IMG/VR virus record: IMGVR_UViG_3300010398_000013
Location: 1-54,249 of that record
Strand: one strand, 5' to 3'
Source of the DNA: a virus
Taxonomy: Duplodnaviria; Caudoviricetes
DNA length: 54,249 bases
Translations under genes and position numbers: made by a program
Shown here: one piece after another, positions 44,375 to 53,925 of the stretch
Numbering within the stretch: position 1 is the first letter of the stretch
How the letters are laid out: every line of letters begins with the position of its first letter
Notes under the pieces: model-generated
What the model was told of the DNA's origin: nothing
The model's input: only the letters and a program-made list of their open reading frames with translations
Database searches by the model: none

Positions 44375-46348
44375 ATGGGCCTTTTAACCGATCTGATCAA
44401 CGAAAGACATGAAAAGAAACGGGCGGAACAGCAAAATAAGATTGCCGGTCTCAAGGCGCTTTTGACCAGTCCGGATGCGCAACCGGCCCAGCGCGAGTGG
44501 GCCTTACAGCAGATGCTGGGCGAGACGGGCACGCCCAAAGGCGGCCACGGTCCCTTGCTGCGGATCTTTCAAACGATGCTCGGTATTGGCCGAGGCCCAG
44601 CCGAACCGCCTGGCGAAGCCCCACCCCCGCAAGCACCGACCCCGCCGACGGATGCCGGAGTGACCGAAGGCACCACCGGCGGCATACCGGAATCCGGTGG
44701 ACTCCCGCAAGCAGGTCCATCGGCAGGTGGGCCTCCTCCCCCACCAGGCGCTCCGCCTCGAGGGGGCCCGCCCGGAAGACCGGGTCAGCGGCCTTCGGGA
44801 CCGACTTTCCTGACGCCGGAAGAACTCCGTCAGCAGGCTGTCGCCGATCAGCAGGCTTTGGATGAGCAAACCCTGAACCTGGAACGCCAGCGCATTCCCA
44901 TCGATATCCAGAGGACGAGCCAGACCGAATCCGCAAGGCAGGCTCAGGTGCGGGCGGATGATATCATCCGCGCCAACCGCGCCCGTTTATTGATCGAGTC
45001 CGGCGTGCCGCCCGATCAAGCGTATGCCGAAGCGGGTGTGGCCTACCGTCCGCCCGCTGTTGGCCGGATGGGCGTTTTGGCCAAAGGCATACCCGCCTCT
45101 GCCATCACCGAGGACGACCCGATACCGGGCAAGCAGCCGGGCTTTACCGGTACCTACCAACTGCTCCACGACGAGAGGGGTCTGCGCTACATTCCCGAGG
45201 CGCCGAAGCAGGAGAAGCTGCCAGCGGATCTCAATTCCTGGTATCAATCCATCCGGGTGCAGTGGGAACAGCAAAAAGGTTCGCCCTTGACCGAGGACGA
45301 GAACCGTCAAGCCTTGGCGGCGGCCGGCCGGTTGAACACGCGGGCACGGGCCGGGGCGATCGAAGCCCGCGAAATGACGGCGGCCATCAATGAGGAATTG
45401 AGTGGTATCCGGCGGGGCGTCGCGATACCCAGCTATCCGGCTCGAGGGGCAGCCCAACCGACGACGGCTCCCACCGCGCCCTCCACCGCCCCGCCCGAAC
45501 GGGCAGCGCCAACCGCCCCCACAACGCCACCGGCACGGCCCGGCCCCATCAGCTACACCCGTCCGGACGGGCAGAAGGTGACCATCACTCCGGCCGAACA
45601 AGAACTGCTGGACCGGTTCCAGTACCTCGCCGCCACCTCGACCTCCACGACCGGTCGCTCGGGCGCCGTCCAAGTCGGCTTCAAAAAAGCTCAAGCCATT
45701 TTGCAGAAAGTGACCGGCTTGAACCCGTTCCAACTGGCGGCGGCCTTCGCTGAAAAACGGGGCACGTTGACCGCGATTGTCGATAATGTCAAGCGGCTGA
45801 ATTCGCTGGAACGGATATCGACCACGCTGGACAAACAGGGTGAGGTGCTGATGCGGGCCGCCCGGCTGGTCGACGATACGGGCTCACCCGTTTTGAATTC
45901 CCTGGTCCGTGGCGTGGAATCGAATGTTCAGGGTGCCCCGACGGTGGCGTCCTTCCGCCTCGCTCTGAACGCCGTGGCCCGGGATTATGCGGCCGCCCAA
46001 TCCTCGGGTGGTATTTCGAATGCGACCATTCCGGTGCATAGCCAGCAAGAATCGGAAACGATTTTCGGCCAGCGGGCCACCGAAGGCCAACTCGAGGCGG
46101 ATTTGGCTACGATCCGGCAGGAAGTCCAAGCGAGCGTGTCGGCTCAAAAAGAAAATCAGGCCAACCGGATGGCGGAGCTGGGAGCTCCCATCGCCACTCC
46201 AGACTCGGCCGACCCGTTTGCCAATCTGCCCAAACCCTCCCGGCCCGGCCAGCGCATTCCGGACAACGTGATCGAACAATACAAGCGAGCCGCTGGCGGT
46301 AATGCCCAGAGGGCTTTAGAAGCAGCCCAGAAAGCCGGGTGGCAGTAA
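44375..46348 (+). CDS. Putative DNA ejection protein
   Basis: 657 aa helical/Pro-rich, podovirus ejectosome position. Confidence 0.6.
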   Translation: MGLLTDLINERHEKKRAEQQNKIAGLKALLTSPDAQPAQREWALQQMLGETGTPKGGHGPLLRIFQTMLGIGRGPAEPPGEAPPPQAPTPPTDAGVTEGTTGGIPESGGLPQAGPSAGGPPPPPGAPPRGGPPGRPGQRPSGPTFLTPEELRQQAVADQQALDEQTLNLERQRIPIDIQRTSQTESARQAQVRADDIIRANRARLLIESGVPPDQAYAEAGVAYRPPAVGRMGVLAKGIPASAITEDDPIPGKQPGFTGTYQLLHDERGLRYIPEAPKQEKLPADLNSWYQSIRVQWEQQKGSPLTEDENRQALAAAGRLNTRARAGAIEAREMTAAINEELSGIRRGVAIPSYPARGAAQPTTAPTAPSTAPPERAAPTAPTTPPARPGPISYTRPDGQKVTITPAEQELLDRFQYLAATSTSTTGRSGAVQVGFKKAQAILQKVTGLNPFQLAAAFAEKRGTLTAIVDNVKRLNSLERISTTLDKQGEVLMRAARLVDDTGSPVLNSLVRGVESNVQGAPTVASFRLALNAVARDYAAAQSSGGISNATIPVHSQQESETIFGQRATEGQLEADLATIRQEVQASVSAQKENQANRMAELGAPIATPDSADPFANLPKPSRPGQRIPDNVIEQYKRAAGGNAQRALEAAQKAGWQ

Positions 46349-48049
46349 ATGCCCCCCCAAACCGCGGACTATAGCCACCTGAATACGCCAATCACGCCGG
46401 CCGAAGAGCCTGCTTTTCAGTTATGGAAGCAGAAGAACGCCCCGAAAGATAGCGGCTTCGATTACGATCTCGCTGGTGCCTTTAAAGCCGGGGTGGTCCG
46501 CGATCCCAAGACCGGCCACATGCCCGATACCTTCAAGAAGCCGAATCACCCCACCTTCAGCAATCAGTCGAAGTTCTACGCGATCGCTCCGGAGAAGGCG
46601 GGACGCTGGGAGGGCGACCGGTTTATTCCGCCGGCACCCGCCTCGGATATGGCTCAGCGCTTTGGCGTCACCCCGGATGACGACATGGCTCGCCGGTTCG
46701 GGGTCGGGGGGCCACCCCCAGCGCCAAAGGGGCCCGAGAAGGGACCCGCTCGGCCAACCACCTTCCGGGACATCCCATTGACCTTTATGGGGTCCCGCTT
46801 TACCGTCGGCGATGTTCTCGGTCGAGCCAAGCAAGTTCTGCCCTCGCCGCGGACGGCCACGGGTATGGCCGGTGCCGCTTTGGGCGGTGCGGCGACGCTA
46901 CCGGCGTATGTCACTGGCCCGGGGGGACTGGCTGGGACGGCTCTCGGGGCCGGTGCCGGCTATACCGGCGGCACGCATCTCTACGACATCCTCACCGGGA
47001 CCCGGCCTGAAAAAGAGGACATTACCGGCGAAATGGTCACCGGGGCCCTGCAGGAAGTGGGTGGACCCCAGATGGCCAAGGGACTCGGTATGCGCCTGGA
47101 GCAGGGTGTTCCCAAGGCGATTGAACGGGCCATCAAGCCCAAAGGCGGGAAGGAAATCTTAGCGATCCAGGAGGCGGCACCCATCATCGCCGAGGACTTT
47201 TCGATGGGTCTGACCCGTTCGCAATTACGGTCGCAGGCATTGGAGAATGTGAACCGATACAGTCAGCAACTGGAGCAGGCCTGGAACCGGATTCCCTACA
47301 CGCGGAAACTACCCACCGCTCCGGCACGACTGGCTCTGATGAAAGAGCGGGCCGGACTGTTCAACGAGCGCGGTCAATTGATCCCGAATAATGAAAACAA
47401 ATACCGGGAGTTGACGCATTTGATCGATTACTTCGTCCAGAACCCCTATCTCTCGCCCGGAGATATCCGCAATCACCGGGCCATCTGGGATGCCATGATC
47501 AACTGGCCCAAGCAGTTGATGGAAGGGCGGACGCTCCTGCCGATCACCGAACCCGACCGGGTGTATGCCTCCGAAGTGGCTGCCAATGCATTGCGCGACA
47601 CCATCAATACCAGTCTTCCGGAGGTGGCCCGGCTGAACAGCAAGGTCTCGGCATGGATCAATACGGCCAAAGTCCTGGGTGCCCGCACGCTGGCCGATGA
47701 GCAAGCGGGCCAGCCCTACTTCTACCGGCTGGTACCGGAAGCCGGCGGTGCCGGGGGCGGTGCCTTGTTGGCGAAGACTCTGGGCTTGAGCGCGGAAACC
47801 GGAGCCGTCGCGGGGGGTGGCGTGATGCTGGCGGATCAGATCCGGCGCTCGACCGCATTCCAGTCGGCCTCGGTGCCGGCACGCCGGGAAATCTCCCGCT
47901 TATTGAATGCCGGGATGACCCAGCGGGCCGTCGGCGTCCTCTTGAGCCAGTTGCCTCGGGACCAGCGTGGGGACTTCCTGAAGTCGTTGCTCACGAGGGG
48001 CCACCGGCAAGCCGAAGCCCAGCGGCAGGGTCCAGGCCGCAGACCATGA
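46349..48049 (+). CDS. Putative DNA ejection protein with N-terminal globular domain
   Basis: DYDL.GAFKAG..GH.PDTFKKPNHPTFS domain; Gly/Ala hydrophobic segments. Confidence 0.6.
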   Translation: MPPQTADYSHLNTPITPAEEPAFQLWKQKNAPKDSGFDYDLAGAFKAGVVRDPKTGHMPDTFKKPNHPTFSNQSKFYAIAPEKAGRWEGDRFIPPAPASDMAQRFGVTPDDDMARRFGVGGPPPAPKGPEKGPARPTTFRDIPLTFMGSRFTVGDVLGRAKQVLPSPRTATGMAGAALGGAATLPAYVTGPGGLAGTALGAGAGYTGGTHLYDILTGTRPEKEDITGEMVTGALQEVGGPQMAKGLGMRLEQGVPKAIERAIKPKGGKEILAIQEAAPIIAEDFSMGLTRSQLRSQALENVNRYSQQLEQAWNRIPYTRKLPTAPARLALMKERAGLFNERGQLIPNNENKYRELTHLIDYFVQNPYLSPGDIRNHRAIWDAMINWPKQLMEGRTLLPITEPDRVYASEVAANALRDTINTSLPEVARLNSKVSAWINTAKVLGARTLADEQAGQPYFYRLVPEAGGAGGGALLAKTLGLSAETGAVAGGGVMLADQIRRSTAFQSASVPARREISRLLNAGMTQRAVGVLLSQLPRDQRGDFLKSLLTRGHRQAEAQRQGPGRRP

Positions 48050-48064
48050 AGTCGATCTTTCTTC
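48047..48064 (+). repeat. 18-bp perfect direct repeat, copy 1
   Basis: TGAAGTCGATCTTTCTTC also at 48434-48451. Confidence 0.9.
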
Positions 48065-48141
48065 ATTGGTCCTGATCCTCGTTGATGTTCTTGAAGCAGG
48101 TCGCAGAGGAACTCGATATCACGCCGGGAAAACGTCCTAAG

Positions 48142-48426
48142 CTAGACAGAAGGCAGTTCCCTTGTATCACACGGAACTGTGACTGAAACTGGATCGTCAG
48201 GTCGACCCACAGAAGTAATGGCGATAGAAGTTTTACAAACTCGACACCGGAGTAGATAGTGACCACATTCTGGTGCGGGGTAGGGCAACTTCACGAGGCA
48301 AGATGGAGATTTACCCAGATCGACTTCGATGCCATTGGGGTAATCGGGATCGGGTGGACATTGGGCCTTACCTCTGCCTGACGGTACAAACTTAACGTCA
48401 AAATGGTGATTGAGATATTTATTCAT
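48142..48426 (-). CDS. Cys-rich (Zn-binding) hypothetical protein
   Basis: CLVKLPYPAPECG....CRVC....PC; lies between the 18-bp repeats. Confidence 0.65.
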   Translation of the reverse strand: MNKYLNHHFDVKFVPSGRGKAQCPPDPDYPNGIEVDLGKSPSCLVKLPYPAPECGHYLLRCRVCKTSIAITSVGRPDDPVSVTVPCDTRELPSV

Positions 48427-48433
48427 GGTTTGC

Positions 48434-48451
48434 TGAAGTCGATCTTTCTTC
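48434..48451 (+). repeat. 18-bp perfect direct repeat, copy 2
   Basis: Matches 48047-48064. Confidence 0.9.
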
Positions 48452-48455
48452 GCCT

Positions 48456-48860
48456 TTACGCCCGCGCTTTCATAAAGCCTGGCATGATGCCGGCGTCCAT
48501 GCGCTCCTTCGCTACACGCTTCGCCACCTTGCGCCGCGTGGTCTTCGATAGTTGATCATGCTGCCGGGCGATCGCCGCAGCGACCTTGGTCGGGATCGCC
48601 AGGCGTATGGTGCCTGATGCCGAGGCATGCTCCAGGAAGATGGTGTCGCCCACCTCCCTCTGGCGGAAGGTCTGCACCGTGAAGGTCTCCACCCCACCCA
48701 CACCAAGAGGCGGGATATGCCGGATGGTTGCGGGCCGGGTTTGCTCGACGTCGGGCAGCCCATCGAGGTTCGCCATCAGGCGGGAATAGTTGTCGGGCAT
48801 AGCGACAGCCTGGATGTGGCGGCCGCCGCAGGTATCGTTATCTTCATCGTGTGATCTCAT
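48456..48860 (-). CDS. Hypothetical protein
   Basis: GAAAGGA RBS; basic C-terminus. Confidence 0.65.
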   Translation of the reverse strand: MRSHDEDNDTCGGRHIQAVAMPDNYSRLMANLDGLPDVEQTRPATIRHIPPLGVGGVETFTVQTFRQREVGDTIFLEHASASGTIRLAIPTKVAAAIARQHDQLSKTTRRKVAKRVAKERMDAGIMPGFMKARA

Positions 48861-48965
48861 GTCGTGTGTCCTTTCCGTGCAAGCTTAAACTTTAAACCTA
48901 CACTACATAGTATAACACAGCGTGCAATAGCACGTTAGGTTTCGCTAACGCCAGGTTGGCGTCAG

Positions 48966-49133
48966 TTAGAGGTCATCGTAGTCCGATGGACCGACCAGGC
49001 GGCGGGCGCGTTCCAAAACATCGGCGTTATGCTTCTCGGACTTGTCGCTACGGGTTATCCCGTCGGCGATGGAACCGAAGATCCATCGGAGGAGTTCCAG
49101 CACCAGGACGACCACGAGGATGATTTCAATCAT
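48966..49133 (-). CDS. 55-aa single-TM protein
   Basis: MIEIILVVVLVLELLRWIFG...; overlaps upstream stop. Confidence 0.5.
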   Translation of the reverse strand: MIEIILVVVLVLELLRWIFGSIADGITRSDKSEKHNADVLERARRLVGPSDYDDL

Positions 49134-49302
49134 TTCTGTTCACCTGTGTCTGAGGGATGGGGGACCATCCCGACTTGCTTCGGCAGCGGTGCACCCGCCA
49201 CACGACAGTATGGACGATGCGGCACATGTCGGCGAAGGCCATACCGACGACGAGGCCCACCAGCCCCCAGAGCCAGCACTCGAGAATGTCCAGGATATCC
49301 AT
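49126..49302 (-). CDS. 58-aa single-TM protein
   Basis: MDILDILECWLWGLVGLVVGMAFA... Confidence 0.45.
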   Translation of the reverse strand: MDILDILECWLWGLVGLVVGMAFADMCRIVHTVVWRVHRCRSKSGWSPIPQTQVNRND

Positions 49303-49367
49303 GCTTCATCCCTCAGGGTATGCGCCGAGGATACCACAGCACAAGCGTGGGCCGTCGTCCATTCGCC

Positions 49368-49562
49368 TCACCGCTTGAATAGAATTTCGGCAAGAACCAT
49401 GCCATGTTCCGCACTGTCCAGCAAGATCACCCGCAGGTTCTCGGTCGGCGCCAAGTCCGGTAAGAGGAACTCGGCATAATGGTTCGGATCTTCCGCCTCG
49501 ACGCGCTTGCGTCGCCGGACGTGGCCTGTGAATAGATCTTCCCAGCGGAATTCAACAACCAT
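49368..49562 (-). CDS. Hypothetical protein
   Basis: GAAGGA RBS; MVVEFRWEDL. Confidence 0.5.
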   Translation of the reverse strand: MVVEFRWEDLFTGHVRRRKRVEAEDPNHYAEFLLPDLAPTENLRVILLDSAEHGMVLAEILFKR

Positions 49563-49683
49563 CGATCCGCTTCCTTCGACGGTAAGGCGCGGGCAGTAAG
49601 GGGATTTCGTTAGCTCTGTCCGTTCTTGCCATCTGCGCTCTTGTTGTGATGCCCTGAAGTTACAGGGGTCTTCGTTCCGGTTG

Positions 49684-49740
49684 TGGCGCTTGTTCGCCCG
49701 CCTCCCAAGTGGGCGAACAAGCGCCATCCCGAGTCGGGAT
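49684..49740. repeat. Two adjacent hairpins after OMP gene
   Basis: 16-bp perfect inverted repeat TGGCGCTTGTTCGCCC/GGGCGAACAAGCGCCA and ATCCCGA-G-TCGGGAT. Confidence 0.8.
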
Positions 49741-50306
49741 TAGAATCGCACGACGAGGCCTGTCGAGATCCGGACACCATTCGATGATATGCCGAAGTCA
49801 CTCGCCTTGACATACGAGTAATCGACCTGGGCCGCCCGGATGGCCAAATGTTGGCCGACCGGAATATCCAGCCCTCCCCCAATGGCGGCGGAGAATCCGG
49901 TTGTCGAGGTGGACAAGCTCAATGCGCCGACGCTTCCGCTCACCATCGTCTGTGCGAGGCCGAACAACGCATGCACGTAGGGCGTGACCTTCTCTGCTCG
50001 AAACGCAAACTTCGGCCCGCCCTGAAACGATAACAAGCGGACGTTGGCTTGGACGGGTACGACCACAAACCCATTCGTGACGAGCACACTCTGACCCCAG
50101 TAATGGCCGCTGAAGTCGCCCTCGATCCCAAACCACGTGTTCACGTAGCCTGTCCCCGATACATCGAATCCTTTTCCCATGTTCGCGCCTTCGTGTCTTG
50201 CGAACGAATATCCACCGAACACTTCGGCACGATCCTGGCCGAAGGCGGCCACGGCAGAAATCAGAATCACCATCACCACAAAGCTGAGTCTTGTTGCATA
50301 TTGCAT
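49740..50306 (-). CDS. Outer-membrane beta-barrel protein (8-strand, Lom/Ail/OmpA-like)
   Basis: Signal peptide; EVFGGYS, GIEGDFSGHY, PYVHALFG, GGGLD, terminal RF. Confidence 0.9.
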   Translation of the reverse strand: MQYATRLSFVVMVILISAVAAFGQDRAEVFGGYSFARHEGANMGKGFDVSGTGYVNTWFGIEGDFSGHYWGQSVLVTNGFVVVPVQANVRLLSFQGGPKFAFRAEKVTPYVHALFGLAQTMVSGSVGALSLSTSTTGFSAAIGGGLDIPVGQHLAIRAAQVDYSYVKASDFGISSNGVRISTGLVVRF

Positions 50307-50411
50307 TTGTATTCTCCTGTTGGTTTCGGTCGTTGGCGGTTTAACGTCACGCCGGACGGTAAGGTGTGTTATGTGAACGGGTGGACTAGGTTAAAAGGGG
50401 TGCCTCAACTG

Positions 50412-50732
50412 TTATCGTTCTTTAGTGCCGAGATCGTCTCCATCCTTTAAGGCACTGACATACATTTCTAGCAGGCGGATCTGCTCGGCCTGGAGGTCGA
50501 TCCGATAGTCTAGCGCGAAGACGATGGCCCCTCGCCGGTGCAGATCCTCATGATGCTTCCGGCATAAGGGCAAAGCGCGATAATCGCTGCCCCCCGCGCC
50601 TCGCGTTTTGGTGTGGTGCGGATCCACGGATGCGGAGGGACAGAGCAGGCAGGGTTGGCGCTTGATATACCGGAGATAGTCCGGATCGGTCAAGCGAACG
50701 GGCTTCGGAAACGCCGGAACGTATTTGCTCAT
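50412..50732 (-). CDS. DUF968/Ref-like HNH-type zinc protein
   Basis: YLRYIK.QPC..C.....DPHH......SDY.ALPLCR.HH..LH. Confidence 0.85.
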   Translation of the reverse strand: MSKYVPAFPKPVRLTDPDYLRYIKRQPCLLCPSASVDPHHTKTRGAGGSDYRALPLCRKHHEDLHRRGAIVFALDYRIDLQAEQIRLLEMYVSALKDGDDLGTKER

Positions 50733-51373
50733 ACCGCCACTCCCATTTGCTTGCGCAGATAATCCTCCAATCCTTTCGTGTGCAGATACTGGCAAAACTC
50801 GTGGACAAGTTCCCGGCAATCCCCTTCCAGTCCTGCATAGGGAAAGACGTTCATACTCTCGATACCTTTGAGGCGGACCATATCGTCTTCGTCGTCTTCG
50901 GCGAGCGTGGCGACGTGATAGCCGACGGACGACGCCTCAAACAACCAGGCCATGACCCGCCATTGGACGCTGGCCAGGTATCTGTCCGCGTCGAAGCGAT
51001 CGGACGTTTTGAATTCGTCGATGTGGCTGCCAACAATGTGATCGCACTTACACACCAAGGTTACATCGTCCGCTTCGATCGACAGCGTCTTCGTCGTTTT
51101 GACCTCGAAGAGGCCCCCTGGAAGAATCCGTGTGCGCATTTCATCGATCGCTTTTGGCTCGAAACGGAAACCATCCCGTTCATAGAAACCGGCGAGGGAC
51201 AACTGCGGTTGTTCGACACACGAGTGATAGGCGCGGCCCAGTCGGATGGCCGGCGTCGGTAGAAATTCGCCCTTAATGGACGCGATCAATTCCGACTCAT
51301 CGAACCATTCGGTTTGGCGATAGAGCCGGAAACTTTCCAGCAGCGTGGCGTTAATTCTTAGTGGTCGGTTCAT
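50729..51373 (-). CDS. PD-(D/E)XK (Cas4/RecB-like) exonuclease
   Basis: S/AT.LESF, G.A.H, K.D.....I.EFKT, Y..S.QWR. Confidence 0.8.
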   Translation of the reverse strand: MNRPLRINATLLESFRLYRQTEWFDESELIASIKGEFLPTPAIRLGRAYHSCVEQPQLSLAGFYERDGFRFEPKAIDEMRTRILPGGLFEVKTTKTLSIEADDVTLVCKCDHIVGSHIDEFKTSDRFDADRYLASVQWRVMAWLFEASSVGYHVATLAEDDEDDMVRLKGIESMNVFPYAGLEGDCRELVHEFCQYLHTKGLEDYLRKQMGVAV

Positions 51374-52434
51374 AACGTCACTGTTTGCTCGAGCTGGGGC
51401 GCGGTGAACAGTTGCTTCTCCTTATCGTAGCGGAAACCCAGCGCTTTGGATTTATCCATCAGGATTTTGGCGACCTGCGGATAGATTGTGGCACTCAACT
51501 GCTTGATCGCGGGAACGGCTTCGGTGAATTCCGCGGCTAGGGTGAAATCCGCGATCTTGACCTTCCAGGCCTCGACCTGAGCCGCTACGGTCGCGCTCGC
51601 CTCGCTCGCCTTCGACAAGGCCTCGCGGCCCTTCTCAAACAGTTGCGCCATGAAGGTGCGTGCCTGCTCAGGAGCGGGCACATTCCAGGCTGGCCACTGT
51701 GCCGGATTCTTGCCGAACCATCCCTCGCTTGGACTAAAGTCGAGCACGCGCTGTCGGCCGTTCATGTACAGGAAGCCGACGAAGTCCGCCAGACGCATCA
51801 CCTCATCCTTCGAGGAGCCGGTGATGTCGGGCCGGTTGAACTTGTTATTTCCGTCGATCTCTTCTTTGTTGTGGGCGATGAACAAAATGTTTTTCCGCTG
51901 CGCCCGCAGGCGCGTGATCCAGGATTTGAAGTCCGCCTTCAATTGCCCGAATCCTTGCAGCGTCAGTGAACCGTTCTTGCCGTACCGGGGTGTGGAATCC
52001 ATGACCAGCTCCCCCATGAGGTTCACACAGCTGCCGACCGGGTCGATGACGATGGTTGAGAATGGCTTGAAGATCTCCGCAGCGTGCGTCTGCAGTTCGC
52101 GCTGCTGTTCGATGTCCAACACGTTCATGCTGCGGCCGCGGTTCACCGCCCGGGCCAGGGCCGATTCGGTGTCGTAGTTCAGCACGATCGCATTGTCGGC
52201 AGAAAAACCCAGTGACGTCTTACCGAGGCCGGGCTGGCCGAACACCAGAAAAATGGGGGTTTCGACGACAATGGTTTCCGTTGCCTCGATGATGCGTAAT
52301 CGCGATCCATTGACCGTGGACATGGGCTTTGGTTCCTTTCTGTCTTGGATTCCTAAACTGGCTTCCAATTGTTCCTTCAATCGTTGCCGCTGGGCGTCAT
52401 CGCTCGCGAAGGATTCGATGGGCGTGCGGATCAT
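51370..52434 (-). CDS. Sak4-like ssDNA-annealing ATPase (AAA_24)
   Basis: FGQPGLGKTSL, TIVID, FIAH.KE, AD.VGF; second strong start at 52323. Confidence 0.85.
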   Translation of the reverse strand: MIRTPIESFASDDAQRQRLKEQLEASLGIQDRKEPKPMSTVNGSRLRIIEATETIVVETPIFLVFGQPGLGKTSLGFSADNAIVLNYDTESALARAVNRGRSMNVLDIEQQRELQTHAAEIFKPFSTIVIDPVGSCVNLMGELVMDSTPRYGKNGSLTLQGFGQLKADFKSWITRLRAQRKNILFIAHNKEEIDGNNKFNRPDITGSSKDEVMRLADFVGFLYMNGRQRVLDFSPSEGWFGKNPAQWPAWNVPAPEQARTFMAQLFEKGREALSKASEASATVAAQVEAWKVKIADFTLAAEFTEAVPAIKQLSATIYPQVAKILMDKSKALGFRYDKEKQLFTAPQLEQTVTL

Positions 52435-52793
52435 TTTCCCCTCCCTGCAAAATGCCGTTTCTCGCATTGCGGGCAGGGCAGCCAGGCGAGAGGGTTCTCG
52501 CGATTGGCGCAGATGCAGCAGAACACCGCGCGATCCGGATTGCCCGAAGGTTCAGCGCAAGCTTCATTGCAGCTATCGCAATAGGTGAGATCCTCCGCGA
52601 CCCGGTGGCCCGCGTCATCGACATTCGCGAAGGGATTGGCGTGCGTGTGGCTCTGAAACCATCCGAGATCGCCGGATCCCCCGCAATACGCGCAGTGAAT
52701 GGTTTCGCGGTCCTCCAGCCGAGCCGGGGTAACCGGATCGGTGCGGATACCGCCATTAAAGGACTGGGAATAAAACCAGGTTCTCGCTTTCAT
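52431..52793 (-). CDS. Multi-CxxC zinc-finger protein
   Basis: GAAAGGA RBS; four CxxC pairs. Confidence 0.65.
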   Translation of the reverse strand: MKARTWFYSQSFNGGIRTDPVTPARLEDRETIHCAYCGGSGDLGWFQSHTHANPFANVDDAGHRVAEDLTYCDSCNEACAEPSGNPDRAVFCCICANRENPLAWLPCPQCEKRHFAGRGK

Positions 52794-52825
52794 CGGAATT
52801 CCTTTCGTTGACTTTCATGGGGTGT

Positions 52826-52855
52826 ATGGTATAGCTAGACTATACTGAAGTGCAA
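52826..52855 (-). promoter_or_regulatory. Leftward promoter with palindromic operator
   Basis: TTGCAC-18-TACCAT; GTATAG-N5-CTATAC at 52829-52845. Confidence 0.7.
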
Positions 52856-52947
52856 GCGAAAAATAACAAACACAGATTTTTTATTTTTGTAGCCATGCGG
52901 TGGTAGTCTCAGTGGCGTATACCCCACGCATAGCAGGAGCTAGTGGA

Positions 52948-53349
52948 ATGTCTGCAGTATTCTCATCAGCGCAACGCCAAAACTGGAAGCACCTTTTGGG
53001 CATCCGACTGCGCGAATTGCGCACCCAAGCTCATGGCGGGAAGGGCTATTCCCAGCAGAAAGCGGCCGCCACGATCCAGCGCACCGAGGCCTACCTCAAT
53101 CGACTGGAAACGCGGATGGAAAGCGAGAATCCGACCATTGGGATGTTGCAGCAGCTCTGCGATCTTTACGGGGTCGATATCGGGGAACTGTTTCGGCCAC
53201 TAGTGCGGGATACCCGCGAGGACAATCCTGAAGCGAAAGCGAAACTGGATTTCATCTTCGCTTCCGGCACCGAACGTCAACGCATCACGATTATGGAAAT
53301 CCTCAATGCGATGTACGAACGGGTGAAAAAAGTAAAGAAAGAGATGTGA
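52948..53349 (+). CDS. XRE-family HTH repressor (CI-like)
   Basis: LG.RLRELR....YSQ..AA......AYL.RLE....NPT...L..L...YGV...ELF. Confidence 0.88.
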   Translation: MSAVFSSAQRQNWKHLLGIRLRELRTQAHGGKGYSQQKAAATIQRTEAYLNRLETRMESENPTIGMLQQLCDLYGVDIGELFRPLVRDTREDNPEAKAKLDFIFASGTERQRITIMEILNAMYERVKKVKKEM

Positions 53350-53377
53350 ATTTTCCGTAAAGATCCTAAACACAGGC

Positions 53378-53887
53378 ATGGCGGTGTGGTATATGTTGTC
53401 GCAATCGCTCCATCAGCTTCTGCCACACACTGCCGGAATCGGTTCGTGCCTGGAGGTATTCTTGTCCGCACCGATGGATCTGCATGCCAAGCTCGATGCG
53501 ATCTTCCGTTCTGGCGAAGAAGACACGAATCATACCATCGCCGTCAGTGAAACCATCGATACGTTCTTCGATCGGATGGAAGCGAACGGCAAACGCGGCA
53601 ACCCGGTGCCTCAACCGGACGTCGAATCCACGGTGGTGGCCACTCTCAACCCCATCCTGTCCGCTATGGGTTCGCCGAGACTTGCGGAGTGGTTGCTTGA
53701 AGACCATCCGCCGGACCTGATGTTCTGGTTCGGTCTCGGTCAATACGCCGCGCAACTCATCGAATCGGGGGATTGCCGTCTGGCTCAATTCGTCCGTTTC
53801 GCCGGGACGGGCTTGAACCGCATCTGTGCGGAAACAATCCTGAGAGAGATGAAGTCCATCGCATCGGTTCGCTCGAACGGCGAATGA
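53378..53887 (+). CDS. Hypothetical protein
   Basis: 169 aa ORF between two HTH genes; start uncertain. Confidence 0.5.
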   Translation: MAVWYMLSQSLHQLLPHTAGIGSCLEVFLSAPMDLHAKLDAIFRSGEEDTNHTIAVSETIDTFFDRMEANGKRGNPVPQPDVESTVVATLNPILSAMGSPRLAEWLLEDHPPDLMFWFGLGQYAAQLIESGDCRLAQFVRFAGTGLNRICAETILREMKSIASVRSNGE

Positions 53888-53889
53888 AC

Positions 53890-53918
53890 TTGACCTGAGA
53901 TCAGGGTGGCTATACCCT
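53890..53918 (+). promoter_or_regulatory. Promoter for leaderless Cro-like gene
   Basis: TTGACC-17-TACCCT, ATG 7 nt downstream, no SD. Confidence 0.7.
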
Positions 53919-53925
53919 AATCGGC

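Noticed and set aside
17785-46351. Repeated zero-gap TAA-ATG junctions (17787, 25798, 42968, 46348) as a read-through system
   Set aside because: Simple translational coupling explains them; TAA is a poor read-through codon.
50729-51373. Cas4 as part of a CRISPR system
   Set aside because: Adjacent to Sak4-like annealase; standard phage recombination exonuclease context.
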